Source: Raphidiopsis brookii D9 (GTDB lineage Bacteria; Cyanobacteriota; Cyanobacteriia; Cyanobacteriales; Nostocaceae). From it: a stretch of DNA of 32,000 nucleotides. A model generated the notes under the pieces. It was not told the origin of the DNA and did not search any database. It saw nothing but the letters and a program-made list of their open reading frames with translations. The translations under genes and the position numbers were made by a program. The DNA is taken from NCBI GenBank assembly GCA_000175855.1, contig ACYB01000031.1, forward strand, positions 60,001 to 92,000, in the 5' to 3' direction. This document shows positions 19,106 to 25,862 of the stretch, in pieces (positions within the stretch are counted from its first letter, which is position 1; every line of letters begins with the position of its first letter).

Positions 19106-19648
19106 AGTTCTACCAAGTAAAGCCGGGGCAATGGGTATACGGGTTACGGGGTTACTTTCTTCCACCAACACCCTCTCTCCATCCACACTAATCCAATTAC
19201 TATCATTCTCCGCTTTTAACTGTGCTAGAGCAGCACGTTCTGGAGTCTTTCCCTCTACCACTGCTGAAAAAATTGCCCCTTCATCCCCCAGGCTATCTGT
19301 TGTATTCACCTGGGCATCTACATAGTGCCCATACTCTTCCAATAGTACTCGTACTAACTCGCTAGAGGGTACATTATTTATAAACTGCTCAGACAAGAAT
19401 ATCTTACCGTTACCGTATGCTCCTACTGCACTTCCTAATGTTTGTTGACTCACAATCTCCAATGTAGGCAATACCCCTTCTCCTGAAAGCCACTGACTAC
19501 GGAGTGCTTCCCCCCGATTACGGTCATAGGATTGCCCAAAGGGTACGGCAAAAACCGTCCAAAAATCCCCACGACCGGCAAAGGTTTGTAATTGCTCCAT
19601 TGCTAGGACCTGCGCCCTATTTAGCTTATTAGTGTATTCCTGACTCAT
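18278..19648 (-). CDS. proximal part of the exoprotein: N-terminal module plus six RCC1-like AFAALKSxGSVVTWG blades
   Basis: ATG 19648 is preceded by GAGGGGA; the track gives an upstream GTG at 19750. Six blade repeats start at about aa 216. The stop at 18278 is created by a 1-nt loss relative to the upstream units. Confidence 0.7.
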   Translation of the reverse strand: MSQEYTNKLNRAQVLAMEQLQTFAGRGDFWTVFAVPFGQSYDRNRGEALRSQWLSGEGVLPTLEIVSQQTLGSAVGAYGNGKIFLSEQFINNVPSSELVRVLLEEYGHYVDAQVNTTDSLGDEGAIFSAVVEGKTPERAALAQLKAENDSNWISVDGERVLVEESNPVTRIPIAPALLGRTRYEVLNAGAFAALKSDGSVVTWGDNGYGGSHIIVERSSYSYASVASQLSSGVTQIFSNVHAFAALKSDGSVVTWGFDSVGGDSSIATWNSNTGSYSYASVASQLTAGVTQIFSNNIAFAALKSNGSVVTWGFDWAGGNSSSVASQLSSGVTQIFSNVHAFAALKSDGSVVTWGSDWAGGNSSSVASQLTAGVTQIFSNNSAFAALKSNGSVVTWGDSSGGGDSSSVASQLTAGVTQIFSNNSAFAALKSNGSVVTWGDSSSGGDSSSVASQLAAV

Positions 19649-20048
19649 TGCCCAATCTCTCCCCTCTATGTTTATTGTAAATATTTGTTCTGACAAAATT
19701 TGCTCGTGAACAAGATGTAGTTTGTCTTTAAGGGATAAAACCTTATACACTTTATTTTAATGTGGAAGTGTTTACAGTATAACACAGAAATTATGTTATG
19801 GCACACACCTTATACCAGAATTTTTTAAGCATACCCACTAATCATACCCGCATAAATTAGGGTATGTGTGAGTTTTTAAAAAGGGTGATCCGCTATGGGA
19901 TCTCGCGAGACCGCACGGAGATTATGAACATGGTAAAGGGCGATCGCAGCGCACTCGCACTTGCGAGATCACCCATCAAACGCAGACGAAAAATCAAATG
20001 CTAACGCAAACGGAGGCGAAACGGTTTGCAATACCTGAGATGGGCAAC

Positions 20049-20411
20049 TTATGGCAATGGCAAATATGAAATCCGATCGCAATACTCGTCATCAAGAGAA
20101 GCAAGAGCAGCTAATACTAATTCTTCAATAGTTTCACCCAAACTCATACTGGGATTAATTTGGAAGATTCCACGAATGTGATGCCCCCGAGCAAGATGAT
20201 CGATCAGATGAACAGGCATAGAACTGCGATTATTCGTTACAAGAACAAAATCGTATTTTTCACACCAGATTAGGATATCTGGATCTAAAGTGCCTTTTGC
20301 CGGCGTGTTGGGATCGCCAATTGCCCAGACTACTAAATCAGGTTCTTTGCGTCGTAGCTGTATTTGATAAATTGGAGGGAGATTTTCATCCATCAAATAC
20401 TTGATTTGCAT
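20049..20411 (-). CDS. DUF5615-family PIN-like protein (putative toxin)
   Basis: N-terminal IKYLMDENLP motif and a later VLVTNN segment, typical of DUF5615. Its start overlaps the upstream DUF433 gene by 26 nt. Confidence 0.7.
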   Translation of the reverse strand: MQIKYLMDENLPPIYQIQLRRKEPDLVVWAIGDPNTPAKGTLDPDILIWCEKYDFVLVTNNRSSMPVHLIDHLARGHHIRGIFQINPSMSLGETIEELVLAALASLDDEYCDRISYLPLP

Positions 20412-20739
20412 AGGATTTACCTGATATTAGTCTTTCGGCTCGAAGTTGACGCAATTTTTTAAAAATTGGCGGTGGATTATGTTTTTGCTCTTCTCGCATT
20501 TTGTGTCCCCACTCTAGCCAATTAGTCAGGTACTCATCAATCTCTTGTTTATTGTGAAGATAGTATAGCACTGTGGCGTAAACTTGTTCTAGACTTAACG
20601 ACAGATAAGTTTTGGCAATTTCTTCAGGTGTTCGACTGCGGTAAATATAGTCATACAAGACTGTTTCAATCCCAATTCGCGTATCTTTTAGACGAATGTC
20701 ATTGGTAGCGAGAAAGACAAAGTAGTCTTCTAGTTGCAT
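20386..20739 (-). CDS. DUF433-domain protein (putative antitoxin)
   Basis: DTRIGIETVLYDYIYRSRTPEEIAKTYLSLSLEQVYATVLYYLHNKQEIDEYL matches the DUF433 helix-turn-helix-like core (TRI.V..VL....G..PEEI...YP.L.L..VYAAL.YY). Confidence 0.7.
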   Translation of the reverse strand: MQLEDYFVFLATNDIRLKDTRIGIETVLYDYIYRSRTPEEIAKTYLSLSLEQVYATVLYYLHNKQEIDEYLTNWLEWGHKMREEQKHNPPPIFKKLRQLRAERLISGKSYANQVFDG

Positions 20740-20860
20740 TCTTTATATCTCCATAGTGTTAGAACTAAACGAAAAGATCTTCGCCGCTTCTAAAAACCTA
20801 CGCATATCTAGGCATAAATCCGAAAATATGGGCAAGTCCAACTCTACGGTATAAGTTCGC

Positions 20861-21289
20861 TCAACTAGAAGCGCCTTTCGGCTTGGTTCCATTGCTCCGT
20901 AACTCAGGTTCCTTGACCACTAGTCCCCAGTTAGAGATACTGTAAAAAGAGTGGCGACTCTTAATATCAGTACGAGACTTAAGAGTTTTATTCAGTTGAT
21001 TCCACTGACTCCATACGTGCTTTCCATCCTTCACGGAGAGATAGGCGGTTATGGAGTCATGCATTTTTTCTTTTTATTATATGGGTATTCCCGAAGATTT
21101 GCCAAGATATACCCAGATATTTTCATTCACATACCAACCCTGCCAGAGGGATCGCACTTCATCAATAATTTTACGGTTATATTCTGTCCCAAAAGCTGTA
21201 TCGATAGCTTCCCAGAAATCACTTGACAAAGAGAAAGAGGCAAGTTGATTCTGAACTATATCTAGGGCTTTCTTAATCAAGGAGGTCAT
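20861..21289 (-). pseudogene. orphan fragment homologous to the exoprotein N-terminal module, interrupted by in-frame TAATAA
   Basis: ORF 21077..21289 (ALDIVQNQLASFSLSSDFWEAIDTAFGTEYNRKIIDEVRSLWQG) parallels aa 48-90 of ORF 18278..19750 (VLAMEQLQTFAGRGDFWTVFAVPFGQSYDRNRGEALRSQWLSG). ORF 20861..21064 is in the same frame, 12 nt after a double stop. No repeats or enzymatic domain follow. Confidence 0.4.
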
Positions 21290-21958
21290 GAATTCACACC
21301 TTATAAAATAAAACAGTAGTGTTGAAATACGGTTAATATGCGTAATAAAACAAAACTTTTCACTAGCGACTCGGATTAAGTGTTAAGTTATAATTAGCAT
21401 AACGCGAAAATCTATCTAATGTCAATACTACCACTTAGTCTTTGGCTCTGGATAATCCCCCGGGGCCAATTATCACTCCTAGCTTTTAGTAGCTTTTAAG
21501 ACTCAGCTAATTTCCACTGGCTCTGTAAATCGCCAATAGATGCCACTATCTTGCCCTATACAATAATCCTTGTCTGGATGTATTTTGTCTAATAGCGGTT
21601 AAATAGATGCGGTCAGGATTACACTTTGTGGATGTTCTTGAAAGTTTTTCACAAAGTTATTATCAGAGTCGGGGAGCTGGGTATGATCCGGCCAGCTGGA
21701 GGGTGATAGCTCTCCTGGTGAGAGGGGAGTTGAGGTGGTATGCGGGGTAGTGGGATAGGTTCTAGTTTTATTAGGTTAATTAATTCTAGACTATTTATTA
21801 ACTTTCCTTGGTTTGGGGATGGTCGCATTAGAGTCGTGGTCGCGTCTCTCGTAGGAAGGTAGTGTTTGAAGTATGTCACAAGTTTAATTAATAAATCTTA
21901 ATAGCAAATTGCTCCATTTCATGGTGATAATCCATCCAGTAGAAAAGTAGTTAAAACA

Positions 21959-23374
21959 ATGAAAAATGAAAAACTAAACCTAGCTACCAAATTAGCCTAT
22001 GGTGCTGGAGATTTAGGACCTGCAGTAACCTCTAATATAGCCATATTTTTTCTCCTGGTCTTTTTTACTAATGTAGCTGGTATTCCTCCAGGTTTGGCGG
22101 GTAGTATTTTAATGATTGGTAAGGTATGGGACGCAATTAACGATCCCATTGTGGGAGTGCTAACCGATAAAACTAAATCCCGTTATTGGGGTCGTCGTTT
22201 ACCTTGGATGTTTTATGGTGCAATTCCTTTTGGAATTTTCTTCTTTCTCCAATGGACTATTCCTCAATTTTATTTAGACCCCGGTCAAAATACCCTAGCT
22301 TTATTTTGGTACTATGTAGCTATTGGCATTTTATCTCAGGCCTTTTTTACCATTGTTAATTTGCCCTACACCGCTATGACACCAGAGTTAACTCAGGATT
22401 ATGATGAAAGAACTAGTTTAAATAGTTTTCGCTTTAGTTTCTCTATTGGTGGTAGTATTTTATCCTTAATTTTTGCCCAGGTGGTATTTTCTCTAGTGAA
22501 AAGTCCCCAAGCACAGTATTTGGTTTTGGCAGCTTCATGTACTGTTATTGCAGTTATATCTTTATATTGGTGTGTTTATGGAACAAGGGAGCGGATTTTA
22601 GCTTTTGAAGCTAAACGTACTCAAATAGAAGAACCAGCGGAAATTCCCTTTATTGACCAAATTAGAATTGCTTTTACTAATAAACCATTTTTATTTGTTA
22701 TCGCAATTTATCTTTTTTCTTGGTTGGGTGTGCAAATTACTGCTACGGTCATTCCCTATTTTGTGATTTACTGTATGAAATTGAATAATTCTCAAGTTCC
22801 TACGGTTTTAATTGCCGTCCAGGGAACAGCTTTGTTAATGTTATTTGTTTGGAGTTATTTAAGTAAACGATATGGCAAGAAAATAGTTTATTTTTTGGGG
22901 ATGACCCTATGGATTGTTGCTGGTGCTGGTTTATTTTTCCTTCAACCTAATCAAATCCCATTGATGTACGTGATGACTGTTATGGCAGGTTTTGGGGTTT
23001 CCACAGCTTATTTAATTCCCTGGTCAATGATTCCTGATGTTATAGAGTTAGATGAACTACAAACCGGACAAAGAAGAGAAGGTGTTTTTTATGGTTTTAT
23101 GGTTTTACTCCAAAAGTTTGGGTTAGCTTTTGGTTTATTTCTAGTTGGCCATGCTTTACAAGTTTCAGGATTTAAAGAGGTTACTGCTGGAACTGCCAAT
23201 ATATTGCCCTCCCAACCTGATTCGGCATTATTTGCCATTAGGCTGATTATCGGACCGGTGCCAACATTTTTTTTAATTATGGGTTTAATTATCAACTTTT
23301 TTTACCCCATCACTCGTGAGATGCACTCGGAAATTATGTTGAAGTTACAAGAGAAAAGGCAAAATTTACAATGA
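21959..23374 (+). CDS. GPH-family (glycoside-pentoside-hexuronide:cation symporter-like) MFS transporter
   Basis: 12-TM profile. N-terminal KLAYGAGDLG and GKVWDAINDPIVGVLTDKT..R.GRRLPW motifs characteristic of MelB/GPH-type carriers. Confidence 0.75.
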   Translation: MKNEKLNLATKLAYGAGDLGPAVTSNIAIFFLLVFFTNVAGIPPGLAGSILMIGKVWDAINDPIVGVLTDKTKSRYWGRRLPWMFYGAIPFGIFFFLQWTIPQFYLDPGQNTLALFWYYVAIGILSQAFFTIVNLPYTAMTPELTQDYDERTSLNSFRFSFSIGGSILSLIFAQVVFSLVKSPQAQYLVLAASCTVIAVISLYWCVYGTRERILAFEAKRTQIEEPAEIPFIDQIRIAFTNKPFLFVIAIYLFSWLGVQITATVIPYFVIYCMKLNNSQVPTVLIAVQGTALLMLFVWSYLSKRYGKKIVYFLGMTLWIVAGAGLFFLQPNQIPLMYVMTVMAGFGVSTAYLIPWSMIPDVIELDELQTGQRREGVFYGFMVLLQKFGLAFGLFLVGHALQVSGFKEVTAGTANILPSQPDSALFAIRLIIGPVPTFFLIMGLIINFFYPITREMHSEIMLKLQEKRQNLQ

Positions 23375-23435
23375 CTCCATATCAACCTGTCTGTTCTGGG
23401 TAAGCTATATTTTTAAAAACAATCTCCAACAATCT

Positions 23436-24614
23436 TTAGAGATAACCCAGAAGTCCAAGACCTATACTAATTAACCCTCCACCCAATACTAACCATGGAG
23501 CATTAATCCGAAAACGTGTAATCAAAACAGCAGCAATTAGGAACATAAATACACTAAACAAGTCTAGCAGTGGAAATTTTGCTAAATCCAAGGTTTTGAC
23601 TGCTATTTGCAAAGTTGTTACTATCATCAGGGCTACTGCGCTGGCGTTTACTGCATCTAAAAAACCCCTTGTCCAGGGAGACTTGCGTAACCAGGGAATA
23701 ACTGGGTTTAAGAGTATGACAAATAAAAATGAGGGAAGAAAAATTCCTACTGTTGCTACAATTGCTCCCGGTAGTCCAGAAATTATATATCCAATAAATG
23801 TGGCGGTTGAAAGTATAGGACCTGGAGTAAATTGACCAATAGCAATAGCATCTAATAATTGTCGTTGTGTTAACCAATGATATTGATCTACTAGCTCCCC
23901 TTGCAAAAATGCAATTAGTAAATAACCCCCACCAAATAATACACTGCCAACTTTCAAAAAGAATAATCCCAATTGCCATATCGAAACGGTAGGAGTTAGG
24001 GCAACTTTTGGTAGGGTTGTGCCTAGGGTAAGGGCGGTAATTAATAGGTTTGTTTGCTTATTGTTATGGGTAGCATTATGTAACCAAATCATGCCTAAAA
24101 TTCCACCTAGCAATAAGGTGATGACTTCATTCACTTTACCGAAATAATTTACTAAGGCAACTAATACGGCAATAATCAGTAGTTGTTTGTTTTTCAGGGC
24201 TTTTTTACCTAACCCGAAAACAGCATTGAGAATAATTGCTAAAACTACTGGTTTAATCCCATGAAGTAAGGGAGAAAATTCTGGTACACTACCATAACTA
24301 ACATAAATAAAGGCAAAAACACCTGTAATTAAGACAGCAGGTAAAATAAAACTGATACCAGAAACAATTAATCCTAACCATCCAGCATAGATATATCCTA
24401 TATGAATGGCCATTTCAGTGGAATTTGGTCCAGGAATTAGATTGGTTGCACCCAGTAAATCTAAAAAATGTTCTTGTGTTAACCACTGACGACGTTTAAC
24501 TACTTCATCCTCTATCATGGCAATATGGGCAACTGGTCCACCAAAACCGGTCACACCTAGTTTAAGAAAGAGTTTTGCCAATTCAATCAGTCGGTTTAAT
24601 GGTATGTTGTACAT
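23436..24614 (-). CDS. chrA: chromate transporter ChrA (CHR family, two-domain)
   Basis: Duplicated CHR motif: GVTGFGGPVAHIAMIEDEVVKRRQWLTQEHFLDLLGATNLIPGPNSTEMA, and a second half VGSVLFGGGYLLIAFLQGELV...WLTQRQLLDAIAIGQFTPGP. Confidence 0.85.
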   Translation of the reverse strand: MYNIPLNRLIELAKLFLKLGVTGFGGPVAHIAMIEDEVVKRRQWLTQEHFLDLLGATNLIPGPNSTEMAIHIGYIYAGWLGLIVSGISFILPAVLITGVFAFIYVSYGSVPEFSPLLHGIKPVVLAIILNAVFGLGKKALKNKQLLIIAVLVALVNYFGKVNEVITLLLGGILGMIWLHNATHNNKQTNLLITALTLGTTLPKVALTPTVSIWQLGLFFLKVGSVLFGGGYLLIAFLQGELVDQYHWLTQRQLLDAIAIGQFTPGPILSTATFIGYIISGLPGAIVATVGIFLPSFLFVILLNPVIPWLRKSPWTRGFLDAVNASAVALMIVTTLQIAVKTLDLAKFPLLDLFSVFMFLIAAVLITRFRINAPWLVLGGGLISIGLGLLGYL

Positions 24615-24638
24615 GACTATCGTTGTTGTTTTACGTTT

Positions 24639-25667
24639 CTATAACTTTCCCCGCGCATACACAGCAGTATCTGTAAAATCACTAAACACCCCATCTACGC
24701 CCAAATTGAAAAACAATTCATATTCTCCCTGGGGGTGATTTTGATAATCTAGTGGGAGGAAACAATTCTCATTACGAAAAGTCCAGGCGTGAATCAACAA
24801 GTTCTGTTGATGAGCATCCTCAACTAAAGATGTGGGTGACAGTAATTTACCTTGACTATTTCTAGGTATTAGTAAATTTTTATTTACCCCTATAGCTTGT
24901 GCATATTGAGCTATTTTTTTTAGTCCATCAGGTTTAATCATATCCTGATAGGTACAGGATTTACCATCCATAGAAAAATCATTTGGTTGACCTGAATCAT
25001 TAATTAATTGTACCAGCGGAAAATCCGTGTTTTCGTTTAATTTTTTTAGATTACCCACTTCAAATGATTGGATAAATATGGGCAACTGGGTATTGGATAA
25101 GGATATTAACAAAGCTGGTTCCAATGGTAAACCTATTGATTGAAAATAACTGGGATGTTTGGTTTCTGGATAAATGCCAATCTTATAACCCCTTTGTGAA
25201 TTTTGGGTTTCAGCTAAAGCAATTATTTCTTCTAGGGTAGGAATGGTCTCTAGTCCATCATATATGGTGTTTTGGGGACGGATTTGCCCAATTCTTTCTT
25301 TTGTAGTTAAGGTCTTTAATTGTTTTAGGGTGAAGTCCTCTGTAAACCAACCTGTTTTTAGTTCCCCATCAATGATTTTTGTAGTTCGCAAATGGGCAAA
25401 TTCAGGGTGATGCTCCACATCTGTGGTCATTGATATTTCATTCTCATGACGAGCAATTAATACTCCATCTTGACTGATGACTAAGTCTGGTTCAATATAA
25501 TCAGCTCCCATATCAATTGCTAGTTTATATGCTGCTAATGTATGTTCTGGTCTATACCCGCTGGCGCCTCGATGGGCAATGATAATTGGTGTTGGCATCG
25601 GTAGTTTATAATCTAATCCCATTAAACTGGCGGTGGAGTTAATATCTTTCTGACTAAACTGTGACAT
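24639..25667 (-). CDS. glycerophosphodiester phosphodiesterase (GDPD family)
   Basis: IIAHRGASGYRPEHTLAAYKLAIDMGADYIEPDLV carries the GDPD catalytic His/Arg/Glu/Asp signature. Length 342 aa. Confidence 0.85.
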   Translation of the reverse strand: MSQFSQKDINSTASLMGLDYKLPMPTPIIIAHRGASGYRPEHTLAAYKLAIDMGADYIEPDLVISQDGVLIARHENEISMTTDVEHHPEFAHLRTTKIIDGELKTGWFTEDFTLKQLKTLTTKERIGQIRPQNTIYDGLETIPTLEEIIALAETQNSQRGYKIGIYPETKHPSYFQSIGLPLEPALLISLSNTQLPIFIQSFEVGNLKKLNENTDFPLVQLINDSGQPNDFSMDGKSCTYQDMIKPDGLKKIAQYAQAIGVNKNLLIPRNSQGKLLSPTSLVEDAHQQNLLIHAWTFRNENCFLPLDYQNHPQGEYELFFNLGVDGVFSDFTDTAVYARGKL

Positions 25668-25862
25668 GGATTATACTTCTAACAGAAAATTCTACTCTTA
25701 TTCTATATTACTGTTTTATATTTAAAGCCTAAAATAAAGATTTTATAAAAAACAATAGGTACTATTGACAGTTGATAATAACGAAGTCTATTATTGATTT
25801 TTATGAATGATTTTTATGAATCATGAAGAAAAAATTCCTAGCGTTAATTATTTTTGGCAGCG

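Noticed and set aside
18671-19325. + strand ORFs 18671..18964 and 19011..19325
   Set aside because: Antisense to the strongly periodic RCC1-like coding repeats. The internal repetition simply mirrors the opposite-strand gene.
20951-21248. + strand ORFs 20951..21226 and 21051..21248
   Set aside because: Antisense to the exoprotein N-terminal-module fragment. No family resemblance and poor composition.
21649-21879. 76-aa minus-strand ORF in the long intergenic region
   Set aside because: Pro-rich reading of a C-rich strand, with no RBS-like context and no family resemblance. Treated as non-coding.
23554-23979. ORFs 23554..23979 (-), 23596..23835 (+) and 23089..23295 (-) inside chrA and the GPH transporter
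   Set aside because: Alternative-frame or antisense ORFs within well-supported membrane-protein genes. No independent evidence.
25668-25862. Pho-box (PyTTAAPyPy(T/A) x3, 11-bp phasing) upstream of the glycerophosphodiesterase
   Set aside because: Only a single loose match (GTTAATTA near 25842). There is no phased triplet, so a Pho-box call is unsupported. The 13-bp tandem repeat is reported separately as an observation only.
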